Of a stretch of 64,000 nt of DNA, positions 36,640 to 48,669 are shown piece after piece; the first letter of the stretch is position 1, and each line of letters opens with the position of its first letter. This DNA comes from Gnetum montanum. Its lineage: Eukaryota > Plantae > Gnetophyta. The position numbers were made by a program, and so were the translations under genes. The DNA lies in the NCBI GenBank assembly GCA_015680685.1, contig MNCI01001727.1, forward strand, positions 393,617-457,616. Reading direction: 5' to 3'. The notes beneath the pieces are model-generated. The model saw only the letters and a program-made list of their open reading frames with translations. It was not told the DNA's origin and did not search any database.

Positions 36640-39600
36640 GGAAGGAGGTACATAGGCCCTGTAATCAACCCATAACTATATGAGTCATATTCTTATTAGT
36701 TGCTAGAGTAAGTATAGTGCCATGTTTTAAGAGGATTGGAGAAAAAATTTGTACTTAATTTTAGAGAGTGGTTATTAGTGATCCTGCTGGATTTTGCTTT
36801 ATAGAGTCCCACCCCAAGATGTTGAAAGGGATCTGATAGAGATTCCTCAAGTTAAGGGAAGGGCTCCCTTGGGGGCAAAGGGATAAACCCCCCTCATGAG
36901 GTCTCCCAAATTGAATAACAAGTAATTCCTTCAGCAAACAAGGAGGTTTCTACAAGAAAAGACCCTCCACACCAAATGGGGGAGCTTCCTCCCTTGAGAA
37001 GATGAGTCAAGCATCTCAAGGGGTCATCCATTACTTCTCCTCCCTCACCTAAACCGATTTGTCACCAAATCCTAAAAGAAAAAGAATAAGGGTTTCAAAG
37101 TCTACCTAGAGAATCAAAAGGCAAGGAGACCCAACACACAGAAGGCAAGTGATGTACTAGTAGACCATGAGACTTCTCTCCTAGAACTACATGGGCTAGG
37201 GTACCCCATACAGACAAAATAACCTAAAAGATTTGGTGATGCAAAAAGGTTGTGATGTGGTCTATTTACAAGAAACAAAATGACAAGTTTAGCAAAGAGA
37301 GTATCTTCAATGAAAAGAATGGTACGCCTTCTTTGTTGACAGTAGGGGAAGAGCTAGAGGTTTTGTTATCCTGACAAGAATGTAAGCACATCAGTGGTAC
37401 AGCTGAACCTAGAGCATTACTACCTTCTTATCCTCCCTTAACATCTAGCTCACCAACTTCTATGGCCCTCAAAGTTGGACTAAGCACATTCAGGAATCAT
37501 GATCGTTGAGTTACTACTAGATGTAACGACGGAAAATGTCGGCAGCTGGAATACCAAACAAGATCCGTATATACAGTCTTAACCACGGATCCGTGCGAGG
37601 GCTGTGCTGGAGAAAACGAATCCGCAGTGCCCTGAACGGTCTTGTCGATCAAACAGGGACTTACTAAATCAGTAAACCGATGGAGATTATGAATATTTTC
37701 GTGGAACAATTTGATTCGACGAGTCGCAAAATGAGAGAAAAACGATGTAGATAAATTGTAATAATGATAACGTTAACACGATAAAAGGAATCAAACACGA
37801 GAGAAACGCGTGATTTCAAGATCTATGCTTTGACCCGAAAAAACGAGTATTTTGTATACCAAGTTACACTGGGGAGACCCCGATTATCCTGTGCGAAAAC
37901 AAACACAAAATAACAAGAAAACTGTCCAAGCAGAAGTACAGAATGGAGTCCGATCTACCTCGTAGGCCAGAGATGGGATGCAAGGAAGGTCAAGTTCTGA
38001 CGTCTATCGATCAACTGCTTCTGATCAATAGAACTCACAAGCCACACCAGATGATCTCTCGATCTCTGATCTGCTCCTTTTGCCTTGGGTAGTCTCTACT
38101 CGAAACTGCCAATGATCACCAATGGAGAAAGTTGTGTCTTCGCCAAAGGGCCGATCGCTCCTGCTGCCAATGCTCAAGCAAAATGTCTCTTGTCTCTGTT
38201 AAAAGATAGTGCTGCCAAAAGATTGCCAAAAATGCTGCTCTCTTTCTCTATCTGTCTCTCTGTGCCCCTTCTTGCCAACTGAGGTATTCATAAGTTTGAC
38301 AACATGTGGAGAAGGCATGGCTGTAATGACACATGTTCCAAACCTTTCAGAAGATCGTTGACTTGACCATCCTTGTGTTGAAATTCATGACTACGCACAA
38401 TACGCGCATCTGCGTATTGTGTGTATGAATAACAAATGTGGATCGGGCATGTCTCAGTTGATTTTGGGCTACATTACGCTCGTACGCATTGCGTCGTGTG
38501 CCAGAGCGTAATAAAGCACAAAAGTAATGGACTCAAGTTGCTTTACGCTCGTTCACGCTGCCAAGCGTAGTGAAGCGTAAACAATGATTAACTTGGCGAT
38601 GAATTACGCTGACGTACGCTACGTTGCGTAACGAGCGTAAGGTGATCAATCTGCAAGAAAGAGAAAAGAGTTGATCTGTTGCGCTTCCTTTGGATTCTCT
38701 TTGACGTTTTCGAAGCTCATTACGCTGCCCTGTGTAACAGAGCGTAAATCTGCTCTTGGACAAAAGACTTAGCAGAATACACGAGAGATCGCATATTACG
38801 CTGCTTAGGCCTTAAGCTTCGCCAAATCTGCTGAAGTAAACCGCCTTCTAATATCAGACTATGTTACGCTAAGTGTCATTACGCTATGTTGCGTACTATA
38901 GCGTAAAGACGGAAAACATAGTAAGATAGGAAATCTGCAAAAGGAAACCGAAATCTTGATGTCGCACGCCTCTTTGCCTTGCCTTGCCTTGTTCTCCTTT
39001 CTAGAATTNGCGCCTCTTTGCCTTGCCTCGCCTTGTTCTCCTTTCTAGAATTCTGTCATGTACTTTTGTCTGAATCACGAATCTTCGCCTGAAGCCGATT
39101 CACAATTTTCACAGTGTTTCACTAGAGACTTTAACCAAAGACTTCACAGTTGGGAAAAATCCACAATGATGAGACAGAACCTTCGGACAGCAAGGAATAC
39201 AACCAATTTCTCTAGGGATATCATCTTATAGATCTCAATATTTAGGGATGCCAATACACTTGAAGCAATAATCGTAAAGGGACTAAAAGTGTTCTCTCGA
39301 GGATTGACCAGGTGTGTGTAAGTTCTCCATTACACTTGCTCTCTCAATTTGCCCTCATAGTCTTTGAATGACAAGCCTCTACTCCTAGTCTTTGATCTTT
39401 TGCAACAAGAGAGACAAACCTCCCATCATTTCAAATTTAAGTAAAGTTGATTACAAAAAGCTTGGCTTAGGAACTTGGTTATAGATGCTTAACCAATTAC
39501 CCTAATAATCAGGATCCAAGGAACTTCCTAAAACAGGCTTTGGCCTACGTTAAGAAAGGGATAAAGATTCATCCAAAGCATGAGAAATACGCCTTCAAGT

Positions 39601-40100
39601 TTACTAAGAAACAGAGGCTTCAACATCTACACCAAATTCAATCTCTTCAAGAACAAGGCTTTGACTTGGCTGAAGAGGAAATGGAGGTTCTTCAAGACCT
39701 ACAGATGCTAAAGAAAGATCAAGAGCTTGATATACTAAGGTTTTCTTTGCTGCTGCAGAAATATCCAATAGTGCTAAGAAAATTCATATGTTGCAAGTTG
39801 ACAATGACCTCGCATTGGACCTAGACAAAATCACATAGGCCATGGAAAACTATTAGAAGGGCATTTAGACCAAGTGATCCTCCTCCCCCATTTCTATCCC
39901 AATATGGCAGGTCCTGGACCAACACAACAACCAAAAACTTTTAGTCCCAATCTCAAACGCTGAAATCTCTGAAGCCATTATCACTATGAAGTTGGGTCAT
40001 GCTCCTAGCCCTAATGGATGGCCAATTGAATTTTTTAAGGAGTTCTTTGATAGTCTTGGTGATAATCTCATTGACTCCTTCGATCTAATGCTCAAGACTT
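36640..40100 (+). mobile_element. Highly decayed LINE D (ORF1 tail, endonuclease, RT start), split by a Tat solo LTR
   Basis: CDVVYLQET (~37251); (G>R)DFN immediately after the solo LTR (39124); RIDQVCV (~39300); APSPNGWPIEFFKEF (~40000); ends approximate. Confidence 0.6.
37522..39121 (-). mobile_element. Solo LTR of a Tat-clade family with perfect 5-bp TSD
   Basis: CTAGA at 37517-37521 and 39122-39126; TG...CA termini; colinear but diverged homolog of 3904-5360. Confidence 0.9.
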
Positions 40101-40641
40101 GACTCTCCTTTCCATTATGGCTTTGGATGTGTGGTTAGTTTCACTCTTGTTGTGCCAAGCTATTGTGCTAATATTTGTTTCCAACCATAGAATTTGTTAT
40201 ATTACATAGGCCCTCATAAGAAACACATCATATGACATCCATGTATGTTGCTTCCACAATGACCTTAGACCCAAGTTATACAAATTCATATGTTACTTGT
40301 ATTTTCATTGAAAGCGACTGAAAACTAACATTGATATGCATTACTCATAGTCATACCTTCTCTTCAGCAAAGAGAATTAGCAAGGCTTTGTGTGTCCATA
40401 CACTGCTTATTTAAGCTTCAATATTTACTAGGAAATAAAGAATATGGTGAATCTTTTTTTTTTGTGGGGAAAATGAATAATAATAATAATACTTCAAAGT
40501 ACATCAGATACTTGAAGAGGGAGTCTAAAGAAAAAGCCCCATTGTAAATCTTAAATGATTGGTTAAAGAGGGCCCTGCACATAAGAACATTTACTATAGT
40601 AAACCAAATTTTCTGAAATCTATAAGATTTCTGCATTATAC

Positions 40642-40741
40642 TTCATCAGGTGATACATTCAATGTTTTTGATGCAGCTAAAAAGATATCTGGAGTAGGCT
40701 TAAGGTTCTGAAATGAATTTGCCGATATAATAGCATCAAAA
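40642..40741 (-). CDS. SOQ1: SOQ1-like exon 5
   Basis: tgcag acceptor; FDAIISANSFQNLKPTPDIFLAASKTLNVSPDE (HAD motif III KP); GT donor. Confidence 0.88.
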
Positions 40742-41335
40742 CTGCACAATCACAAGCAGCCTAATATATTAAACTGAAAATAACACGTAATTTAACAGCA
40801 AAAGCAAAGTTTCTGCTAAATGTTTTATCTCATAATTATTTCAAAGAAAAAGCAACATATCCATTTCAACTATGGAGATGTAAAAATAATTTAAAATAAC
40901 TTCATTTCAATAGTGTAATTAATAAGAATGCTTATTTCAATAATTCCTGCAAAACGAAACTTATAATATGTAAAACAAACTAAAGGTTAGCAATTTAACA
41001 GAATTGTACCAAGAATATACCTTTGTCCAAATCTATTTCTAACAAAAAAAATCAAACTTTTATGAGAAATTGTAAAACATGAAAGAACATTTCTAAAAGA
41101 GTGCACGGCTATGATCGTTTCAATCATACTGTAGAAACAGAAGTTTCACAGGATCAGTTAAAAAAGGAAAAATCCAAGAAGGCACCCTCAAAAACATTGG
41201 GTCCCTCCTATTCTTGTTAACACTGTTCATGAGCCAAGAGAAGTGCTATAGGAAAATTTGAGCACGTATACTTGATAATGAAATATGGCTTGAATGAAGG
41301 TACCTCTGTTTTCTTACATATTTGTGGCAACCACT

Positions 41336-42590
41336 TGTAGTGCCCTACATTTACACATGTGACCTTAATACTCCATCAAATACTTGTTTTGAAGCTTGTA
41401 TATACTTGCAAATGTACCTAATGCTTCTAAGTTAATATGAAAACTTCTAACTAAATGATTTAAGCAAATTTACATTTTTTTAATTATTTATTATTTTGAG
41501 ATAGAAAATTATATTTTTATTGACATATAAGTTGGTAAAATCTAAAATTATTTTTAAATGATATTATAAAATTAATGAAAAAAGGATCTATAATTTATTT
41601 TAGTGTTTTGTTGAAATTTTAAATTTATTGAATAATTTAATTAATTAAATTCCGTAAAAAATTCAAAGTTGTCATATTGTGCTCAAATTTGGTAGACTAA
41701 CTCAATTTTATATGTAAATTATATATCTATATTTAGTTTCTTTATTTGAGTCTTATGTTTTAAGATTTTAAGGTTAAATGGTTAAATAAATTACTTTGTG
41801 GGTCCATATTTTCTTTGGTTTAATTAAAATATTAATTTTCAACATGGTAACTATAGCATGTTTGTGCTTGTTTCAACTGACTCAACACAAGTAAAATATT
41901 TGATGTGTAAAAATTTTAATATCACTGCCTTTTACTAGACAAAATAGGAAATTGTGAAAATAGGCCATGGACCAAAAATAAATTAGAAATACCCTTATAA
42001 AGTGACTTTTAACAAAGGAAGTGGACCACAAATGAAAAGTCAATGAGAAAAACTATGTAGGATGGTGATGTGTGTTTGATGGACATGCTCATGATGACAT
42101 ATTTTTAATATGTACATTGTGTACTTCATATTATATTATTTTTAAAGTTAAGAACTTTTAAACAACCCAGCTTCACTCAATTACTCAACTAGTATGTGGT
42201 TTTCAACTTTTATTACATTCTTTATTATATATTTAATCAACTCACTTTAAGAATGTATTTTTATTTAAACATTTCCTCTCTTGATTAAATCTATTTCAAC
42301 TTTGGATTTAAAATGTTCCACATTTGTACATGTGCCTCAAAACCCAATGCATATGTAGTGCCCCATATTTGTACATGCGACCTTAATACTCTATCAAATA
42401 CTTAGACTTGAACTTATTTTGATGCTTGTATATATTTGTAAATGTGCCTAATGCTTCTAAGTTAATATGAACACTTCTAAGTAGATAATTTAAGCAAATT
42501 TACTATTTATTTACAAACAAAGTCAAAATGCCCCACATTTGTACATTTCCTTGATTAAATCGGTTTCAACTTTGGCTTTAAAATCATAGG
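41336..42590 (+). repeat. AT-rich interspersed repeat (copy 2, plus a partial third copy starting at 42354)
   Basis: TGTAGTGCCCTACATTTACACATGTGACCTTAATACTC... matches 19302; local re-duplication at 42280-42590. Confidence 0.7.
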
Positions 42591-43299
42591 AAATCTCCAC
42601 TTTGACTTTGTAGTCTTAGTCTGTGGCACAAAATTGAAAACCCAACACTTGCTAGTGTCAGGGTACATACAGTGAAAGTTTAGATACAGCAGATATTAAT
42701 AGAGAATTTATTATTAAAAACAGATTGCCAACGATCTAGTAATAAAATCTAAAAATAATTTGGGATATATGTAGGCTGTGGAGTGTAGTGTGGTGATATG
42801 ATTGATAATGATTTGTGATAGGGAGTGGTAGCAAGAAGTATGAAATTGGGGGTAGTAGTGGTAAAAATGATGAAAAAAAAGGTGAGATGGTCATGGAAAA
42901 TAATAGTGAATAGTGCAAAATTTTGGTGTTTTCATTTGGTAGTGAAATTTTCATTACAAAATGAGGCATATACTTTTCATTTCTATGGACTCCGCTATGG
43001 GGCCATGCTAGACTCCTAGGAATAGGTTTTCCCCAAGAGCCAAATATATTTTTTTAAAAAAGACATTTCTTATGTTTTGGGGTTTTCTAATATGTTATTC
43101 ACCCACAGACTACCTTACGACTCTTCGACTTCTAGGACATCTTCAACTTCTAGGACATTTTTCTAATGTTTCAAAACATTACATGGGTTTTTTAATACAT
43201 ACATAAACATATTACTCTTAAAACTTTATTTAAAAAACAATAGAGAAACTCCACATGCACAATATACTTCATAGCTACCTATATTGTTTGTTGCTAAGT

Positions 43300-43490
43300 T
43301 CAAAATTTGGATCATCATGCAAAGGTTCAATGCTCATCCCACTAAGGCAAGGTGGTTCAATGCTCATCCCACTAAGGCAAGGTCCTAAGAGGGTCAATGG
43401 ATAAGCAAAAGCCTAACCTCTTTTGAGTACTCGAACCTAGGTCTTACGACTTGAGAAACAAGCACCTTACAATCACTCCAAATGATGGTC
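43300..43490 (-). mobile_element. Possible tRNA-derived SINE
   Basis: Minus strand TGGAGTGATTG (A-box-like) ... GGTTCGAGTAC (B-box-like); internal 30-bp tandem duplication at 43324-43383. Confidence 0.35.
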
Positions 43491-43891
43491 CTTGTCAAGT
43501 TCAAAATATGAAAGCTGAAATTTTCTTATTGTTAATTCCTAAAAATTCAAGTTCATGAATTTGCCATTGCACAACCTAAAACCCAACATCTTTATAACTG
43601 TATTGTTTGTACAACATACCTTTGCATTTCATCTGCAGAATTTTTGTTACATTATTGAACAAAGCCATCATATCATCATGAAACTTTGTGCACATTTAAA
43701 ATCCATACCTAAAAGAACTCACGCTTATATATATCTTATCTACAGAAAAAAAATAATATATTCTAAAATGACCATGGTTGCATGATACCCAAGCCAACTA
43801 TGTTACAACCTAAAAATAGGTTCTATATTTCCACTAATCATCTGCATCTCTACCATATTTTATACAAAGTCTCTGGCAAATGAGCGCTTAC

Positions 43892-43985
43892 CATGACAGG
43901 GGTAATCCTGCAGCAGCTAAATTTGCATTCACTTTTATTCTATCAGCACTTATGCAACAGCAACTTTCAGGCCAGCAGTTTTGCA
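43892..43985 (-). CDS. SOQ1: SOQ1-like exon 4 (contains a 1-bp deletion)
   Basis: cgcag acceptor; CKTAGLKVAVA-[T(C)A]-SADRIKVNANLAAAGLPLS; GTAAG donor. Confidence 0.85.
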
Positions 43986-44122
43986 CTGCGAAATAGTTTT
44001 CAAAACACTTTTAACACTAAAATGAGAATTTCCCTTTGAACACTTGTTCCTAAACATCATATATTAGAAATAAGAAAATCTGTAACAACCTCTCTATCTG
44101 ATTTACAATAACGACAATGTAC

Positions 44123-44179
44123 CTGCATAACTAATTCCAAAGATCCACTGTATCCAAGACCAGAGTTTGGCTTAGCATA
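44123..44179 (-). CDS. SOQ1: SOQ1-like exon 3
   Basis: tgcag acceptor; YAKPNSGLGYSGSLELVMQ; GT donor. Confidence 0.85.
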
Positions 44180-44299
44180 CTGCATTGTAAAAACTGCAAA
44201 TTATCGTGAAGTTACATGAGTCAAAAATACTTTTATAGCACCTGACACAAAAGAGTCTAGCTACATAGTAAAGATAGCTAAAGAAATTGGAAGCCTCGC

Positions 44300-44400
44300 C
44301 TTTTCAAGATATATTTCAAAAAATTGTTTCTTGGCTATAAGAGGATCAAAATTTTTTACATTTTTCACCTGGGCAACTCCTCCCAAAAAGTTGGCTTCTC
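44300..44400 (-). CDS. SOQ1: SOQ1-like exon 2
   Basis: ttcag acceptor; (G)EANFLGGVAQVKNVKNFDPLIAKKQFFEIYLEK; GC donor (GCGAGG). Confidence 0.85.
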
Positions 44401-45320
44401 CTGAAATTAACTGAGGTGCATATGATTGTACAAGAATTTGGAAACATGTGACTAAGAACAAGCAGAAATACTGTTTCCAAGCATCAAACACTTCATCGTG
44501 AATTGTGCAACACCATAAGAAGAGGGCACCAAGGTACAAATTGAAAAATTAACCTGAAAGTGATAACAATGGCAGATAAACACCATTATGAATGTTATAT
44601 ATTTGCAGCATATTACCTAAAATAACAGCATTACAGAGCAACTATTTTAGGGTAGAGGTTAGAGTTTTTATAAGATTTCTCGAAGGATGAAATACTTTAT
44701 GAGTTAAGAACTAAAATGTATTAATAAATTCAGTACTCCGTTTACAAAAAAGTTGCTATGAAATATTCAATCATAAGCATTTGCTTTGTGCATTGTAATA
44801 ACTATGCAGAATCCATTGACCTGAATTTATGAATAATGAAAGCTGCGTCTTCATAGGATTGGTGCAACAAGTGTAGGTTTCTGATGAATGGTAAAAATGT
44901 AGGTCCTGACCTGCTCCGGTGGGTCACAAACAATCCTCTGCGTATGAAAAACGAAGATTTGATAACAAGCATAAACGATTTACTAAGGTAAAAATTGACT
45001 ACATTTCGTTATTTTTGAAAAATGTCCGAATCGTACATTGCTTCTTAAGGTAGCTGTAATTGTGCTTGGTATTGTTGAAATTGAAACTTTGATGTTGTGC
45101 ATAGCTAAAGAAGTCAAGAAGTTGCCCAACAAAAAAAAAATGCTTAGACATTAGCTCAGATGCAAGTCATAGGCTTATTAAATGCAAGTTAGACCTTCAC
45201 TTACTTCCTTGGAATCCTTTGATTAAATGTTACGCGGTGCACCATACGGACTGTAACAATGGAGACATGAAATGATGTTATGGCCATCAATTATAGTGGA
45301 ATGCGGAAGAGAATGAATAC

Positions 45321-45752
45321 CGGTGCCCATAAAGGGAACGAGTCGTCCTCGGAAACGCCAACTCCCATGCGCTCAAACACTTCCACGGCGGTGTGCCGTG
45401 ACGCTTCTTCGCTGTTACACAGCACTCCGTCCATGTCAAACAGCACAGCGCTTACTTTCGCTATCTCCGTTCCCGTCTCCATCTCCATCTCCATCGCCTT
45501 CCCATTCGTACTGCTTTTGCTTGCACATGCCCTCTCGCCTTTCACGCTGCTGCAACATGCGTGGGGACGCTTACGACCGTAATTTCCACTGCTGCTACTG
45601 TGCCGCTGTGGTGGTTGTTGATGCTGATATGCATAATAATTATTATTATTATTAGTGTTAGGGCTAGCGCTCCATATGCGGGAGCTGCTGATGGCCCCCA
45701 AGGACGCCAGGGCGGTAACGGTTTTTGTGTTTGCATTGTGCAGCGCATACAT
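45321..45752 (-). CDS. SOQ1: SOQ1-like exon 1 (transit-peptide-like N-terminus, HAD motif I DxD)
   Basis: First in-frame ATG at 45752 (MYALHNA...); LFDMDGVLCNSEE; GT donor GTATTC at 45320; one T missing in GAC T(T)C GTT CCC TTT ATG GGC ACC. Confidence 0.8.
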
Positions 45753-46319
45753 GGAGTCTGCTGGGGCTGGGGCTGAGGCTGAGACATGGCAGGAGCGGCA
45801 TGGCTGGCTATTGATAATGCCAAATGGGCGCTGCGTCTTCCCCACCTCGTGCTCGTGGTCGTGCTCGTGGGGATGGGCAGGGTGGCATGCGAGTGTCCGT
45901 CATGTCTGTTTTGGTTTAATTAGTTGTTCCTCTAACACTGAAACAATGCACGCATGGGGGAGGCAAGTTGAGGAGCTGCTATCCTATCCGCTTCGCTGTG
46001 GGTCATTCGTTTCTGGAACGCTTTGCTCCACGTGGAGATGCTGGGAGGCATGCTCACCCAGCTTTATTTCCCGGTCCTCACTCCAATTATATAAACCATG
46101 GATTAGTGGAAATTATCATTTAGGTTTTAGCTTAGGGACAAGGTTACCGTTTTCTCATTACAAAGCCTATGATGTGGTTGGTGAGAGCATGTGTATGTAT
46201 GTTGTGAATTGGTGTACATGCATTGTATGTCATCATACTCATGATGTGTTTCATCTAGACATGAATACATGATGACGAACTACGATTGATTGCACCTTTT
46301 AGGACATTGTAAACTGCTA

Positions 46320-48669
46320 GGACCTGCAATTAGCTCCTACTTGTAGTCACCACAGAAAGGCATCAAGACCTTCCAATAGGGAACAATTGCTTGCATTTTG
46401 AAGCTTCTGAAAAGCAAAGGGTCATCTAGAAGGTTGATGGCCATCCAAAAGGCATTCAGACCTTCTAAAAGAGAGCAATTGCTTGGAGTTTTTGGCTTCA
46501 CGAAGGCAAAGGGTCATCCAGAAGCAAGGTATTTGTAAACTACGAGCAAGTGGGATTAGCACCTTCCTGTAGTCTATACCAGAAGGCACCAAAACCTTTT
46601 AATAGTTAATAATTGCTTAAAATTTGGGGCTACTAGAAAGTAAACAACCAACTACAAGCAAGGTCTATGAAAACTACGATTCCCTATGCCTAGTAGCCTC
46701 ACGTAGTCTTAACTAGAAGGCATCAAAACCTTTCAGAAGGGAGCAACTGGTTGCATTTTGAGGCTCCTGGAAGGCTAAGGGTCATCCAAAAGGTTGATGA
46801 CCATTGGAAAGGCATTCAAGGGAGCAATTTCTTGGAGTTTTTAGCTTCCGAAAGGCAAAGGGTCATTCAATAGCAAGGTATTAGTAAACTACAAGAGAGT
46901 GTGACCAGCACATTCCCGCAGTCCATGAGAAATAAGCACAAATACCTTTCAATAGTTAATAATTTCTTAAACTTTGGGGCTACTGAAAGGCAAATGGCCA
47001 ACCAAAAGCAAGGTCTACAAAAACTACAATTCCCTACACCTAGCAGCCTCATGCAGTCCCAACTGAAAGGCATCGAAACCTTCTAAAATGGAGAATTGTT
47101 TAGAGTTTCTTGCTTCCAGAAGGTAGAGGATCATTTAGTAGCAAGGTATTCGTACACTACAAGAGGGTGCGACTAGCACCTTCTTGCAGTCCATATTGAA
47201 AGGCATCGAAACCTTTTGAAAGTGAGCAATTGCTTGCATTTTGAGGCTTCCAAAAGGCTAAGGACCATCCAGAAAGCTAAAGACCATCCAGAAGGCATTC
47301 AAACCTTCCAAAAGAGAGCAATTTCTTGGAGTTTCTAACTTCCAGAAGGCAGAGGATCATCCGGTAGCAATGTATTAGTAAACTACGAGAGGGTGCAACT
47401 AGCACCTTCCTGCAGTCTATGCTAGAAGGTACCAAGAGCTTTTGGTGGTTAATAATTACTTAAAGTTTGGGGCTACCAGAAGGCAGATGGCCAACCAAGA
47501 ACAAGGTTGACAAAAACTGTGATTCCCTGTGCCTAGCAACCTCACATAGTCCCAAGTGGAAGGCATCAGAACTTTTAAGAAGGAAGCAATTACTTGCATT
47601 TTGAGGCTCCTGAAAAGCTGAGGATCAACTGAAAGGCCTTATGCCTTCCTGAAGGAAGCAATTGGTTCAAGTTTTTAGCTTCTAGAAGGTAGAGAGTCGT
47701 CTGATACCAAGGTATTCATACAATGCGAGCTAGTGCAACTAACACCTTCCCACAATCCATGTCGAAAGGCACCAAGACCTTCCAGTAGTTGATAATTGCT
47801 TAAAGTTTGGGGCTACTAAAAGGCAGACAACCAACTAAAAGTAAGGTCTACAAAAATTGTGATTCCCTATGCTTAACAGCCTCACGTAGTCCCAACCAAA
47901 AGGCATTGAAACCTTCTAGAAGGGAGCAATTAATTGCATTTTTGGGCTTCTAAAAGGTTGAGGATTATTAGGAAGGTTGATGACCATCCGGAAGGCATTT
48001 AGACCTTCTGGAGTTGAGCAATTGTTTGGAGTTTTTGTCTTTTGGAAGGTAGAGGATCATTCGATAACAAGGTATTAGTAAACTACAAGAGGGTGCGACT
48101 AGCACCTTCCCTTAGTCCACGCCAAAAGGCACTAAGACCTTTCAGTAGTTAATAATTGCTTAAAGTTTGGGGTTATTGGAAGGCAACCAGTCAACTAGAA
48201 GCAAGGTCTATGAAAACTGTGATTTCTTGTGCCTAGCAGCCTCCTGCAATCCCAACTGGAAGGCATCAAAACTTTTCAGAAGGGAGTAAATGGTTCCATT
48301 TTGAGGCTCCCAGAAGGCTAAAGAACATCCGAAAGACATTTAGACCTTTCAAAAGGAAGCAACTGCATCTAGTAGTAAGGTATTCATACACTGTGAGAGG
48401 GTGCAACTAGCACCTTTCCGTAGTCCATGCCAAAAGGCATGAAGACCTTCTAATAGTAAATAATTGCTTAAAGTTTGGGGCTATCAAAAGGTATATGGCC
48501 AACCAAAAGCAAGGTCTACGAAAATTGGGATTCCCTGTGCCTAGCAACCTTGCGCAATCCCAACTAAAAAGCATCAAAACCTTTCGAAAGGGAGCAATCA
48601 CTTGCATTTTGAGGCTTCTAAAAGGTCAAATAACCATTTGGAAGGCATTCAAACCTTCTAAAAGGAAGC
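46320..48669 (+). repeat. Degenerate satellite, ~225-360 bp monomers built from shorter GAAGGC...ACCTT...AATTGCTT subrepeats (left part)
   Basis: Landmark CAAGGTATT recurs at about 46524, 46874, 47143, 47368, 47708, 48068 and 48376. Confidence 0.88.

Larger units (their letters stand above)
14675..45752 (-). pseudogene. SOQ1: SOQ1-like chloroplast HAD-superfamily hydrolase gene (HAD domain exons 1-7), frameshifted as assembled
   Basis: Spliced peptide KVSAVLFDMDGVLCNSEE...GEANFLGGVA...FFEIYLEK/YAKPNSG...CKTAGLKVAVA(S)SADRIKV...FDAIISANSFQNLKPTPDIFLAA...CVVIEDAFAGIEAAKAAKMR...IAVATTLSEE...GPSLVRKDIGNISLSDIL follows the N-terminal HAD domain of SOQ1; 1-bp deletions at ~45341 and ~43951. Confidence 0.85.

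Noticed and set aside
38966-39052. ~42-bp tandem duplication in the solo LTR
   Set aside because: Centred on a single n (39009); probably an unmerged contig overlap.
45753-45845. N-terminal extension from the GTG start in the ORF track
   Set aside because: Eukaryotic gene; the first in-frame ATG is at 45752 and an in-frame stop lies shortly upstream of the GTG.
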